DNA of 64,000 nt from Candidatus Bathyarchaeota archaeon (GTDB lineage Archaea > Thermoproteota > Bathyarchaeia > Bathyarchaeales > Bathyarchaeaceae): NCBI GenBank assembly GCA_963697165.1, contig CAVOMX010000024.1, positions 32,001 to 96,000 of the forward strand, written 5' to 3'. The notes below the pieces were generated by a model. It did no database searches. It was not told the DNA's origin and worked only from the letters and a program-made list of their open reading frames with translations. Position numbers and translations under genes: made by a program. Shown here piece after piece: positions 19,036 through 29,944 of this stretch. The number at the start of each line of letters is the position of its first letter. Position 1 is the stretch's first letter.

Positions 19036-20862
19036 GTGGTGAACGACGAAACAACGGATAAATACATTGACAAGGTAGTGAAACGCTATTCTAAACTATT
19101 TAGTCTTCCTTCCCAAAACAGAATCACAATTTATCTTGGATTCCTGTCTCTGCACGGCGGAATCTTGTCGATACTGCCCTTGAATTTGTCTCTGGAAAAC
19201 TTTGTAGTTGGTCTAGGTTTCGGGGCAATCTTTCTTTTCCTAACGTTGTTCTCGGACTTTATCGTCAGCCGCACTTCAATGAGGCATGATCTTATCTTCA
19301 ATTTGAGACGCTGTTCAGCCCTTTCACTCTTCTCTTCCCTCATATGGTTCGGAGTGCTTCTTCTAGGCGGCTTAATAAGTGCCCTTCTAAGCGCTCCAGA
19401 CATTTGGATAAAATTCTTCTTCTTGGGATTCAGTGGAGCCCTGATACTTCGGCTGCTGGTTCTGTCAGTCACATCCTTCTCGGGAGCTGGAGGAGTCCTC
19501 TTCTCTTCCCTCTTGCAACCCGTCCTAGTTCTGATTCCTCTCCTTTTTATGGGCTCTACAATTGGGTATACACCAGAGACGCAGTTTCTGCTTTTTGCTT
19601 CAGTTTCTGTCTCTGCTGCTCTCGTGACTGTGTTTATTTTCAAATACTTCATGGATCGAGTAGGTACAGGAAGCCTCGGCATAGCCTCCTCCGTCCTCTT
19701 TAAAGCCTTTTTAGCTAATTGGACAGAGGATCTTATTGCCCCCTTGGAGACTTTCTTTGAGAAACTTGGTAACCTGAAAGACATCAAAGTCTCCTTGTTG
19801 ACCTTCAGAGCTGGAGAAAAACTAAAGGCGGCGATTGTTGTTCCAGCCCTTCATCCGGGTCCATTCAAGAATCTTGGAAGTAGCCTCCTTCCTTCTCTGA
19901 TTCAAACAGCGATTCAGGACCGGTTTGGTTGTGTTGTTTCTGTTCCTCACGGGTTAGTGGGTCACGAATTAGATGTTGCTTCGCAGTCTCAAAATCAAAG
20001 AGTTGTCGAGAGTATAATTGGATTTGTGGGTTCATCATCCAGCTACTCTAAAGCTACTCCCATGGTGCGAACCGAAAATGGGGACGCAAAAACTAGTTGC
20101 CAAGTATTTGGGGAATGCGCTTTTCTCACCTTAACTACTGCTCCGAAAACCATGGAAGACCTTCCTCCGGAACTAGATGCCTTTATTGTCGGCGAAGCTG
20201 CGAAACGGGGGCTTTCTGCCCTTGCAATCGATGCCCACAACAGTATGGGGGGTCAATTTAATCTAGAGCATGCTGTAAACTCCTTCAGTGGAGCTTCTCT
20301 GGCTTGTCTCGAAGAGGCGCTGAAAAGCAAGAATTCGTCTTTAAAGGTGGGAGCGTCAACAGTTGTGCCTCAAGATTTCACTGTTCAGGATGGCATGGGT
20401 CATGGAGGCATAAGCGTTATTGTCACCGAGGTCAGCGGGCATAAGGCGGCTTATGTGACCATCGATGGAAACAACATGGTGTCTGGTTTAAGAGAAAAAA
20501 TTCTTTCGTCAATAAAGGAGCTAGGAATAGACGATGGGGAGATTCTTACCACTGACACTCATTCTGTGTGCGGCATGATACGTAGCACTCGCGGCTACAA
20601 TCTGGTTGGCGAAGCAATCGATCACTCAAAACTCATCAGCTACATCAAAGAGGCGACAACTATTGCTTTGGGTAACATGGAGCCTGGAACTACATCGTGG
20701 CGCACCGAATTAATCTCTGATGTTAAAGTTATTGGTGAGCAGCAGATAACAGAATTAACTGTTTTAGCTGACAAAACAACAGAACACGTTAAACGGGTCG
20801 CTTTGTTCCTCTTTCCCACGGTTGCAGTCCTTCTAAGTAGCCTTCTGCTTTTTCTCCTTTAG
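19036..20862 (+). CDS. DUF2070-family membrane protein
   Basis: Multi-TM N-terminus; HPGPF, PHG, DAHN, DGNN, TTDTH motifs. Confidence 0.85.
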   Translation: MVNDETTDKYIDKVVKRYSKLFSLPSQNRITIYLGFLSLHGGILSILPLNLSLENFVVGLGFGAIFLFLTLFSDFIVSRTSMRHDLIFNLRRCSALSLFSSLIWFGVLLLGGLISALLSAPDIWIKFFFLGFSGALILRLLVLSVTSFSGAGGVLFSSLLQPVLVLIPLLFMGSTIGYTPETQFLLFASVSVSAALVTVFIFKYFMDRVGTGSLGIASSVLFKAFLANWTEDLIAPLETFFEKLGNLKDIKVSLLTFRAGEKLKAAIVVPALHPGPFKNLGSSLLPSLIQTAIQDRFGCVVSVPHGLVGHELDVASQSQNQRVVESIIGFVGSSSSYSKATPMVRTENGDAKTSCQVFGECAFLTLTTAPKTMEDLPPELDAFIVGEAAKRGLSALAIDAHNSMGGQFNLEHAVNSFSGASLACLEEALKSKNSSLKVGASTVVPQDFTVQDGMGHGGISVIVTEVSGHKAAYVTIDGNNMVSGLREKILSSIKELGIDDGEILTTDTHSVCGMIRSTRGYNLVGEAIDHSKLISYIKEATTIALGNMEPGTTSWRTELISDVKVIGEQQITELTVLADKTTEHVKRVALFLFPTVAVLLSSLLLFLL

Positions 20863-20929
20863 CGCTTAACTCATCAAATTTCCGAAAGCCTTATTCTTTA
20901 TGTTTCTCTTTCAAGTTAGGGGTTGTGTT

Positions 20930-21409
20930 TTGAGTTCAAACGATGAGCTAGTTGCTCTTTTCAAAAATCAAATCAAAATCGAGAAAATAATTGTCGATTC
21001 AGTGGCTGAGGGCTTAGTTGAGCTAAAGAATCCAGCTGTCAAGGGGGTCTTGAAGGGAATTTCTTTAGATTCTACGAAGCACGCCGAAATGTATTCCTCC
21101 GCCATTAACCTGTTAACCAGCATCCCTCAAGCTTTGACAGAAGGTAACCTTGACAAACAGAGAGCTCTTGTAGAGAAGCACATACGGCTAGAGGCAGAGA
21201 TAATCAAGAAACTCCGAGAGGTCATTCCCTCTATCCAAAACAAGAAAGTTAAGCTTCTCTTAACCGCGATACTGTCCGATGAGGTTAGACATCACACTCT
21301 ATTGAAGAAAGTCTTGGACATCCTCGTTAGAGGAGAAACCATAACAGATAATGACTGGTGGGATGTCCTGTGGGAAAACGTTCCATTCCACGGAGCCCCA
21401 GGCGGATAA
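20930..21409 (+). CDS. Ferritin/rubrerythrin-like di-iron protein
   Basis: Duplicated E...D/ExxH motifs (IE...DSTKH; LE...DEVRH). Confidence 0.75.
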   Translation: MSSNDELVALFKNQIKIEKIIVDSVAEGLVELKNPAVKGVLKGISLDSTKHAEMYSSAINLLTSIPQALTEGNLDKQRALVEKHIRLEAEIIKKLREVIPSIQNKKVKLLLTAILSDEVRHHTLLKKVLDILVRGETITDNDWWDVLWENVPFHGAPGG

Positions 21410-21488
21410 AAAAAGAAAAACTGTTTTGACTGAAAGAGACAAGGCAACGCAAAACCGTCGCCTTTTCCCGGTCAGTTCATTCAACAGA

Positions 21489-22449
21489 TTATGCTATTTC
21501 GCACGCTTTCAATAGTTTTTTCCAGCGGCGGTCAGTTTCGCTCTGAATCTCTTCCAGAATATGCATGTTTTCGGGCTTGAATAGGTGCCTGAATCTTCGT
21601 TGCGTTTTCAAGTATATCTCTACTGGCATTTTTTTCTCTGGCTTCAGAGCTATTGTCTTGCTTTGTGGCGAAAGCTTGTATTCGCCGTATTCGGCTTCCC
21701 AAAGTGGGAAGATGCATGTTTCAACTGCTAAGCGAGCGATTTCAACGGTTTTTTCGTTTTCGCTTCTCCAGCCTCTTGGGCAGGGAGCAAAAGTGTGTAG
21801 GAATGCTGGTCCGTTTACTTCCATTCCTTTTCTGGCTTTCATTACTAGGTCTTTCCAGTATGCTATGTTGGCTGTGGCGACGTAGGGCATTTCGTGGGCA
21901 ACCATTATGTCTGCTATTGGCTTTTTGTGTTCAGCTTTTCCTGGGATAACTTTTCCTGCTGGCGAAGTTGTTGTCCATGCTCCGTGTGGTGTGCCTCCGC
22001 TTCTCTGTATTCCCGTGTTCATGTATGCTTCGTTGTCGTAGAGCACGTAGAGGAAGTCGTGTCCTCTTTCAACTGCGCCGGACAATGCTTGGAAGCCTAT
22101 GTCAAAGGTTCCGCCGTCTCCAGCGAAGGCAACAACGTCCACGTGTTCATCTTTTATGCGCCCCTTCTTCTTTAGAATTTTCAGTGCTGACTCTATTCCA
22201 GACGCATTGGCGGCTACGTTCTCGAAGGCGGTGTGTATCCATGGTACTGTTCCAGGCTGTGTATGGGTAGATTGTTGAGACTACCTCCATGCAGCCTGTG
22301 GCGTTTGTGGCTATGACTGGTCCTCTTGTCGCCTTCATTACCAATCGAAGAACTATTGCTGGACCGCATCCCGCGCAGGCTCTGTGTCCAGCCGCAAACT
22401 TTTCGGGTATTTGAGCGAATTCTTTAGTTGTAAATTTCCATTCTGACAA
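21489..22449 (-). CDS. porB: Pyruvate:ferredoxin oxidoreductase beta subunit (frameshifted)
   Basis: GHRACAGCG, TGCMEV, GDGG...DNEAYMNTG, PCPRGW. Confidence 0.9.
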
Positions 22450-22465
22450 TCCTTTTCACACCATC

Positions 22466-23696
22466 CTATTCCCTTAAACCGATAAACTGAACCGTGTTTT
22501 CAGTTTGCCCTGTTTCTGCTATCTTCTGTAGTTCCTTGTAGATGCCGTCTATCATGTATGGCGGCGTGTCTCTTCCTCCCAGACCATAAATGTAGTTTAC
22601 TAGCTTTGGTCTGTCTGGCAAGTCGTAGACGGCATGGCGGATTTCGTGGAACATTGGTCCTCCGTTTCCGCCAAAACTGCATGCTCTATCCATTACTGCA
22701 ACTGCCTTCTTTCCTGAGAGGTTGCTGGCTATGTCTTTGACTGGTAATGGTCTGAACGACCTTATTTTGAGTAGCCCAGCTTTGACTCCGTTTTCGCGCA
22801 GTTCATCTACAACCGTTTTTACTGTGCCCGCGGTTGAGCCTATGCATACTGTGGCTATTTCGGCGTCGTCAAGCCTGTATGCTTCAACTAAGCCGTTTCC
22901 GTAGCTGCGTCCGCTCTGTTTTGCGTACTCGTCGTGAACATTTTTGATAACGTCAAGGGCTTTTCTCATGGCTTCTTCTTGCTGTCTTTTGTGCTCGAAA
23001 TAGTAATCGTGAAGGTCGAGGGGTCCAATTGTCAACGGGTTTTCTGGGTCAAGCTTGAAAGGAACAAGCTCTCCCTCATGATTCATTACTCGTGGAACTT
23101 GGCGTATTCCCACAAACTTTTTCACAGCTTCGTCTGGAAGAATATTCACGTTCTCTAGTGTGTGGCTTAAAACAAATCCGTCCAAGCCAACCATTGTGGG
23201 AAGCATTACATCCAAGTTTTCGGCTATCTTGAATGCCTGAATTATCGAGTCATAGGCTTCTTGGCTGTTTTCTGTGTATGATTTGTATCCATCCCATGTC
23301 TCTCTCAGCCATAGCATCTGAGTGGTCACAGTGAATGTTGATTGGAGCTGACAATGCCCTGTTCGCAACAGCCATTACAACAGGAGTTCTACAGCCAGAT
23401 GCCACACCCAACATTTCATGCATCAAAGCCAAACCCGCAGATGCTGTTGCAGTGAATGTGCGGGCGCCTGTTGCGGATGCTGTTATGCTGCATGTCATGG
23501 CGCTGTGTTCTGATTCTACACAGACAAAAGCTGTATCTACTTCGCCGTCGGCGACGTATTCGCTGAACTTTTCAACAATTATTGTTTGCGGCGTAATTGG
23601 ATAAGCAGCCACTACATCCACGTCACATTGCTTAGCTGCGAAGGCTACTGCCTCGTCTCCGTTTAGGGGCACAATTTTTTGCTCAACTTTAGTCAT
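22466..23696 (-). CDS. porA: Pyruvate:ferredoxin oxidoreductase alpha subunit (frameshifted)
   Basis: [27 protein letters not shown]. Confidence 0.9.
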
Positions 23697-23704
23697 CTTT
23701 CTGT

Positions 23705-23992
23705 TTACTCCTTTCCTTCCAAAACCATCTCTATCGCGGTTGCGGGGCATTCGTTGGCGCATATTCCGCAGCCTTTACAAAAATCATAATCAAAAACCAT
23801 CTCATTTGTTTCTGTGTCATGTTTTATTGCGCCTTCTGGACAGTAAATGTGGCAGAACATGCAGCGGGTACACTTTTCTATGTTCCAGATTGGCTTGTAT
23901 GAGCGCCAATCTCCAGTTTTATATTCTGTGCTAGACCTCCAGCATGCGCCACCAAGGGGGACTTCTTTCCAGCTTTTTGGTTGTGTGCTCAT
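23705..23992 (-). CDS. porD: POR delta subunit (2x[4Fe-4S])
   Basis: [29 protein letters not shown]. Confidence 0.92.
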   Translation of the reverse strand: MSTQPKSWKEVPLGGACWRSSTEYKTGDWRSYKPIWNIEKCTRCMFCHIYCPEGAIKHDTETNEMVFDYDFCKGCGICANECPATAIEMVLEGKE

Positions 23993-24546
23993 TCAGGTTT
24001 CGCCTCCTTATACGCTTCCTTTATAACTCCCATGTTCTTTTCTGCAAGTGGACCTGGAAAACGGTCTTTCACAGCTTTTTCTATGCTATCCATTTCCACT
24101 ATCCCTGTTGCACGGGCGACTACTCCAAGCATAGCCGTGTTAGTGATTGCTCTTCCCAGAATACTCATAGCTATATCCGTAGCGGGAACCGTCCAAACTG
24201 TTCCCTTCGTCATTTTCAGCTCTTCCTTCAATATCTTTGGTTCTTTGGGTGTATTTACTATGAGAATCCCATTTTCGTCTAAACCTTTTGTGACAGGAAC
24301 GGTTGCCAAGAGTGTTGGATCCATAACTATTGCAAGATTTGGGTTGTAGACTGCACAATGGAGCCTTATCGGTTCGTCGCTGATGCGCGTATAAGCTTTC
24401 ACTGGTGCTCCCATCCTTTCAGGACCGAACTCCGGAAATGATTGGATGTATTTTCCTTCATGAATCGCAGCCCGTGCCAGAAGCTCGCTTGCTGTCCATG
24501 CTCCCTGGCCGCCACGTCCATGCCATCTAAATTCTTTGAGGGTCAT
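23989..24546 (-). CDS. porG: POR gamma subunit
   Basis: HGRGGQG, FGPERMGAP. Confidence 0.92.
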   Translation of the reverse strand: MTLKEFRWHGRGGQGAWTASELLARAAIHEGKYIQSFPEFGPERMGAPVKAYTRISDEPIRLHCAVYNPNLAIVMDPTLLATVPVTKGLDENGILIVNTPKEPKILKEELKMTKGTVWTVPATDIAMSILGRAITNTAMLGVVARATGIVEMDSIEKAVKDRFPGPLAEKNMGVIKEAYKEAKPE

Positions 24547-24846
24547 TAAAGTTCCTCCAAACAGCATCTTACGTGATAATGCGAAGTAGGACATACAAGT
24601 TTTCGCCATTCTTAAATATTTAGGGAAAAAACGCTTCTGTAAGACTTTTTTATGTTCATTTTTCCTTAACATTGAGGCCAAAATTTCGACAACGATAATG
24701 CGTTTCGAAAAGAATCAAATACGTTGCAGGTAACCACTTCAGAGACAGAATCGAAAGAAGCTTGTGTGCAAAAATATAAGAGCTATACAGGCAATCTAAA
24801 GTTAATCCATAACGACGTTGTTTGGAGATAAACGAGGTAATGAGCT

Positions 24847-25191
24847 TTGGAAAATGAAGTAACAAAATATGAAGAAGAGGAAACAAGCAAATCAGATAAT
24901 GTTGTTCTTATCGGAAAAAAACCTGTAATGAATTATGTGACTGCTTGTATAACCTTTTTCAACAGCGGCCAAAAGCAGGTGGTTGTTAAGGCAAGGGGGC
25001 GGGCAATCAGCAGAGCCGTTGACACTGTCGAGTTACTTCGTCGTGCCTTTGTTAAAAACTTGGAAATAAACAATATTGACATCGACACTGAAGAACTGTT
25101 CAGAGCTGAAGGTGACCAAAAATCGAACGTTTCAACAATAGAAATAACCGTCGCTAAAGCCAAGCCCAAGCCGCCTAAAGAAGAAAACTAG
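24847..25191 (+). CDS. albA: Chromatin protein Alba
   Basis: IGKKPVMNYV, KARGRAISRAVD, NVSTIEI. Confidence 0.95.
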   Translation: MENEVTKYEEEETSKSDNVVLIGKKPVMNYVTACITFFNSGQKQVVVKARGRAISRAVDTVELLRRAFVKNLEINNIDIDTEELFRAEGDQKSNVSTIEITVAKAKPKPPKEEN

Positions 25192-25332
25192 CTTCTCCTC
25201 CTCTTTTATTGTGACCATCAAATCTTCTGCGAAAAGAGTCTTGTTACTTCATGTTTTTTTGTAGGAGATTGTTTTAGTGGTGCTCAGATATCTATAAAAG
25301 TACTGCCATTTAATGAATTGTTGGTGTGATGC

Positions 25333-26676
25333 TTGTCTGATTATCCTAAGATGGTTGTTCGTCCCCCGGGTCCGAAGGCTAGAGAGCTCGTAAAAAGAGA
25401 CTCGGCTACGATTTCTCCCTCGTACACCCGTTATTACCCGCTTGTGATAGATTCTGGGAATGACTGTATAGTGCAGGATGTTGATGGAAACGAGTACATT
25501 GACTTCAATTCTGGGTTGGCGTGCCTAAACGTGGGTCACAATCACCCCAAAGTTGTAAAGGCAATAAAAGGTCAATGCGACAAGTTTCTTCATTACTCTA
25601 ACACAGACTTTTATTATCAGCAAACCGTGAATCTGGCGGAGAAACTGTTTGAAGTAACTCCTGGCTCTTTCCAGAAGAAGGTACACTTTGGAAACAGTGG
25701 GGCAGAGGCTCTAGAGACTGCACTCAAGCTTTCCAAGTGGCACACCCGTAAACACCAGTTTATTGCCTTTGTCGGCGCCTTTCATGGCAGAACATGCGGC
25801 GCAACGTCTCTTACTGCAAGCAAGCCAACCCAAAGACGGCACTACTTTCCGTTGCTTCCGGGGATAACCCATGTGCCCTACCCGTATTGTTACCGTTGCC
25901 CCTTCAGCTTATCCTATCCCGAATGTAACTACAGATGCGTAGACTTCATTGATGATCAGGTTCTGCAAAAGTATGTGCCTCCTGAAGAGGTTGCGGGCTT
26001 CGTTTTTGAGCCTATACAGGGCGAAGGTGGGTATGTGGTTCCACCTCCAGATTATTTCCAGCGTCTTAAGAAGCTGGCTGACAAATATGGTTTGCTTTTG
26101 ATTGCTGATGAGGTTCAGTCTGGCATTGGGAGAACTGGACGCTGGTTCGCTATTGAGCATTGGAAGACTGAGCCTGACATTATTTGTGCCGCCAAGTCTT
26201 TGGCGTCTGGGTTGCCTTTGAGTGCAACTGTGGCTCGGGCGCGGCTGATGGATTGGGAGGCTGGTTCTCACGCTAGCACCTTTGGAGGGAATCCGTTAGC
26301 TTGTGCTGCGGCTTCGGCTGTGATTGACGTGATTAAGGAGGAGAAGCTTCTTGAGAATGCTGAGAAGCAGGGCGGATATATCATGAAGTGGCTGCAGACT
26401 GTTAAGGAAGAACGGGAGATTGTGGGTGACGTTCGGGGCAAGGGTTTGATGATTGGAGTCGAGTTTGTGGAAGATAAGGAAACCAAGAAGGCTGGGGCTG
26501 ATCAGGCTAGAGAAGTGATGATTCGCTGCTGGAGACGCGGAGTAGCAATCGTGACTTGTGGCGTTTCAACTCTTAGGTTGGTTCCGCCTTTAAGCATCAC
26601 ACGAGAACTGGTGGACTCGAGCCTAGAAATCATCGGAGACGCTATCAAAGAAGTTGACGAAGAGTCTTCTGCCTGA
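25333..26676 (+). CDS. Class III PLP aminotransferase (acetylornithine/GABA type)
   Basis: NSGAEA, FHGRT, EPIQGEGG, DEVQSG, AKSL, TFGGNP. Confidence 0.9.
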   Translation: MSDYPKMVVRPPGPKARELVKRDSATISPSYTRYYPLVIDSGNDCIVQDVDGNEYIDFNSGLACLNVGHNHPKVVKAIKGQCDKFLHYSNTDFYYQQTVNLAEKLFEVTPGSFQKKVHFGNSGAEALETALKLSKWHTRKHQFIAFVGAFHGRTCGATSLTASKPTQRRHYFPLLPGITHVPYPYCYRCPFSLSYPECNYRCVDFIDDQVLQKYVPPEEVAGFVFEPIQGEGGYVVPPPDYFQRLKKLADKYGLLLIADEVQSGIGRTGRWFAIEHWKTEPDIICAAKSLASGLPLSATVARARLMDWEAGSHASTFGGNPLACAAASAVIDVIKEEKLLENAEKQGGYIMKWLQTVKEEREIVGDVRGKGLMIGVEFVEDKETKKAGADQAREVMIRCWRRGVAIVTCGVSTLRLVPPLSITRELVDSSLEIIGDAIKEVDEESSA

Positions 26677-26679
26677 GAT

Positions 26680-27496
26680 CTACTTTTCTGTGTCGTTTAA
26701 AACCTCTATGACTGTGGAGTAACGCGAAGAAAGCTCCATTCTCTCTTCGTGTCCCTTCTTTGCGTAAACGTTCCTCAGCTTTATTCTGGTTCCCACCTTC
26801 AAGTCCTTAACGGCTTGTGCAATGTTTCTCCAAGCTGAAAAACTGAGTTTTCCTGTTTCGTCACTTAACTGGAAAGAAGCAACTGCAACTCTTTCGTTTT
26901 GCGATGTGTGCACCTCCCTAAAGTTTGGGGTTGTTGTAACGGTTCCTTCAACTGTTATCGGTCCGCACAGTTTCTGTTATTTCTGTCAGTTTTTTTGTTG
27001 CTTCAGCGAGAATTTTGATGTTTCCTTTATCTCCCACATGCAGTTCTGGGTTTCCATCCTGCCCCTGCCGTACGTATCCATGTGAAATCCTGATAGTCTG
27101 TTCCTGTTGAATTTTTCCTGCCTCAACCAAGTCTACCTTGTTGTCCCACAGAAGCACCCTTAATCTTCCACTATTATCCGAAACAATGATGCTGGCAAGC
27201 TTTCCTTCTGTCCAGTCTCTGCGTTTGAATGTTTTAGGGGGATAAACAGATACTACCTGTCCCGCCAATGACACGTCATTTAATCCCGAAACAAGATCTT
27301 TTATTTGAATTTTGAGGCGAAAAGACTTCTGGGCGGTTTCCACTCCCATCTCTGACGCGACAATCCGCGCCGCGGTTTCGTCGTTTAGAAAATCTCCTAC
27401 TCCCCTCTTCTTATTCTCGATCATTTGCAGAATTTCTTCGCGTTTAATATCAGAACGGGAAGATAGAATTTGGTTAACGATTTCCTTTAAACCCAT
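26680..27496 (-). CDS. RPA/SSB-like OB-fold protein (frameshift near 26950)
   Basis: N-terminal helical domain plus two OB folds (DNSG..RVLLW; SDETG..SFSAW). Confidence 0.8.
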
Positions 27497-27662
27497 CTTG
27501 CTTCACTAAGTCAATTCTTTAGGCTCCTCTTTTGGAGGCTGAGACTGCGCTGTTGCCTATCGCTTAGGACAATGCCTTGTCTGCTTTGTGGGTGCTTTAC
27601 CTGCTCTGCTGTTTTAACTGTTTATTGGTTTAATCTTGTTTATTGTGCCGCAAAAAAGAGGG

Positions 27663-27788
27663 CTAGTCTTCTTCTTCGTCGGTTTCTTCTTTGCCGTAAA
27701 CCATATACAAGAAGCCTAGAACCAATGCTATGAAAATCAAAACTGATAATAGAATGAGTACCCAAGCGAAATATCCGTCCACTGTCAT
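27663..27788 (-). CDS. Small single-pass membrane protein, 41 aa (absent from ORF track)
   Basis: MTVDGYFAWVLILLSVLIFIALVLGFLYMVYGKEETDEEED*; SD GGAGAGGT upstream and T-rich tract downstream. Confidence 0.6.
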   Translation of the reverse strand: MTVDGYFAWVLILLSVLIFIALVLGFLYMVYGKEETDEEED

Positions 27789-27827
27789 CTAAACCTCTCC
27801 TTCGTCTAATATTTGAATGTGAGATAT

Positions 27828-28238
27828 TTAAGCTGTGACCTTCTTCCACTCTTCCATAAGGCAGTCGTAGAGTCTGTCTTCTTCCTCAATCTTGTCGTAC
27901 AGTTCTAAAACGTCCGCGATTTTCTGGGCAATAAGGTGATAACAAATGTTTGCTTCCCTATCCATTACCCGAAAATAGAAATCGTCGCAGGAACAGAAAC
28001 CCGCAGCTGGCATAATCTGGTATTCTCTTTCTCTGCCCACAACTATCCAAACAATCCTGCAGCTGGGGCTAAAAACATATTTTTTGACTCGCTCCTCCTT
28101 AACGGCGTCCCATGCTTTGGTGAACCGTGAACCAAGCGCCTCAGAAAGCTGGTTGATGTGGCTATCCGTTACTTCGCCCTTGGCTTTTGCTTCCTCGCAA
28201 ACCTGCTCAAGCACCTTGACCTCTTTTGGTGTCTTCAT
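27828..28238 (-). CDS. SWIM zinc-finger protein
   Basis: CSCDDF...CYH; has its own ATG at 28238. Confidence 0.75.
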   Translation of the reverse strand: MKTPKEVKVLEQVCEEAKAKGEVTDSHINQLSEALGSRFTKAWDAVKEERVKKYVFSPSCRIVWIVVGREREYQIMPAAGFCSCDDFYFRVMDREANICYHLIAQKIADVLELYDKIEEEDRLYDCLMEEWKKVTA

Positions 28239-28321
28239 TATATTCTTGTATCCTTTGAACCTGTTACTGGGCTTTGTATAGACGCGGTTAAGTTTTAACA
28301 GCGTAGTTACATTCTGTTTTG

Positions 28322-28943
28322 TCACTCGACTTTTATCTCTTCTCCGCTGGGTTTCTGTTTCTTCTATCTTGGGTAATGTAACCTCTAGAACTCCATTTTT
28401 GTATGCTGTTCTAGCTTTCTTGGGGTCAACTTTCTCTGGAATCTCAATTTCCTTAAAGTATTTGTGTTCAGGAGTCTCAACAGAAATCGTTAACTTGTCT
28501 TCTATTCCAGAAAGTTTAATGGCTTCCTTTTCAACACCTGGCAACTCCACTATGACCTTTATCTCACCGTTCGTGTTGACGATGTCCACAAGCGGCTCTC
28601 TCTCCTCCTTCACATCAAGGCATGGCTGGGTAAAGCCGCATTCTTTGTCTTCGCTTGGCTTGACGTTGCCAAATTCCCTTATTTTCGGTTTCCCATCTGG
28701 TCCAATGGTCATGCTGTAGCCATAAACGAAGGGTCCCCACTCTGGTATGGTTGAGCCGTCAGGAAGTTTGCGTTCGCGTTTCAAATCCTCTGGTATGCGT
28801 GTTCTAAACTGCTCGAAGTTCCTCTCCATCATCTCCTCCATTTCCCTCATCATCTCTTCGATATCCCCGAAGAACCAGTTTCCAAAAAATGGGTTGCGAT
28901 TCTTTCTTTTCTTAAACCATTCCGGCAAATCGTCTCCTGACAT
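28322..28943 (-). CDS. hsp20: Archaeal small heat-shock protein Hsp20
   Basis: GPFVYGYS...GPDGKP..REFGNV, ELPGVEK, YKNGVLEV; alternative frame restores GEEIKVE*. Confidence 0.9.
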
Positions 28944-29031
28944 CCTTTCACCCTCGTAAGTACTTACGTCTAGGAATTCATTAAAACTTTTCTGAACTAA
29001 TATTCTAAATGTAATACTGCTCTTTTTTTGG

Positions 29032-29880
29032 TTAACTTAGCGTTTTTAGCTGCTCAACTGTTCCCAGAAATGTTCCGTCCAAAAGATACACTTCTGCATC
29101 TTCTATGTTTACGGAGCCTGAACGCAAAATTGGACCAATAAACGCTTCAGCCTTTTTCTTTCCCTTTTTTCTTTCATTGATTGGTCTACCTCCAAGAAAC
29201 TGGTTAAAGGAAGGCAATATGAAAAGCTGCGAAACCTCAAGTTTTACTTTATACTGCTCGTTGAATACGTCAGAAATGTTGGAGCCACTTTTTGTGCCTA
29301 AGTGTTTTAGTAAAGATTTTGCTAGCTGTTGGCTGTTGCATGGTGCCTTGACAAGAACCTGTTTTGTCATCCTGAAGCCCATTGGGTCGCGGATGGCTAC
29401 TGTGGGGTGGACGTGACCTGTAATTAGGCTTCTGCATTGTAGTAGTTCTGGCGCTGGCCATGCGTGCCCATGGAATAATCCGATGTCGCCGAAGATTGTT
29501 CCTGTTGGGGAAACAATTTTTGTTTTTTCGGGCAGGAGCGGCTCAAGGTTTCCGTCGTGGTTTCCTAGAACTACTTGTATTTCTGGAACTTTTTCTTGTA
29601 TATCCTCGAAGAATTCTGGGATTTCCTTCCATTCTTCCATGGATATTTTGGTTATGGCGTCTTTTATGTCTCCTAATAGTATTAGTTGTGTGGGTTTTGC
29701 TTCTTTGATTAGCTTAAGCAGCATATTCTTGATTTTTGGGGTTTGGGATGGAACATGTACTCCTTTTTGACTTAGGAGTCTTTCCCAGCCTATGTGAAGG
29801 TCAGAGACCACTAGGGCTCGGTCACGGTTTTCTTGCAGGAGCAGGGCTGGATACGGGTGCACAGGCTTTATCTGCGTCAA
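29032..29880 (-). CDS. Calcineurin-like metallophosphoesterase
   Basis: DLH, GD, GNHD, HGH, GHVHP. Confidence 0.9.
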   Translation of the reverse strand: MTQIKPVHPYPALLLQENRDRALVVSDLHIGWERLLSQKGVHVPSQTPKIKNMLLKLIKEAKPTQLILLGDIKDAITKISMEEWKEIPEFFEDIQEKVPEIQVVLGNHDGNLEPLLPEKTKIVSPTGTIFGDIGLFHGHAWPAPELLQCRSLITGHVHPTVAIRDPMGFRMTKQVLVKAPCNSQQLAKSLLKHLGTKSGSNISDVFNEQYKVKLEVSQLFILPSFNQFLGGRPINERKKGKKKAEAFIGPILRSGSVNIEDAEVYLLDGTFLGTVEQLKTLS

Positions 29881-29944
29881 GGTATCACAGGATAATCTCT
29901 TCTGTTTTCTCTGTTAAAAACTGTCCCTGCCCGTTCTGTACGCC

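Noticed and set aside
27828..28943. Apparent 371-aa Hsp20-SWIM fusion in the ORF track
   Set aside because: A one-base shift restores the normal Hsp20 end (GEEIKVE*, 28322), and the SWIM gene has its own ATG at 28238. Likely an indel artefact.
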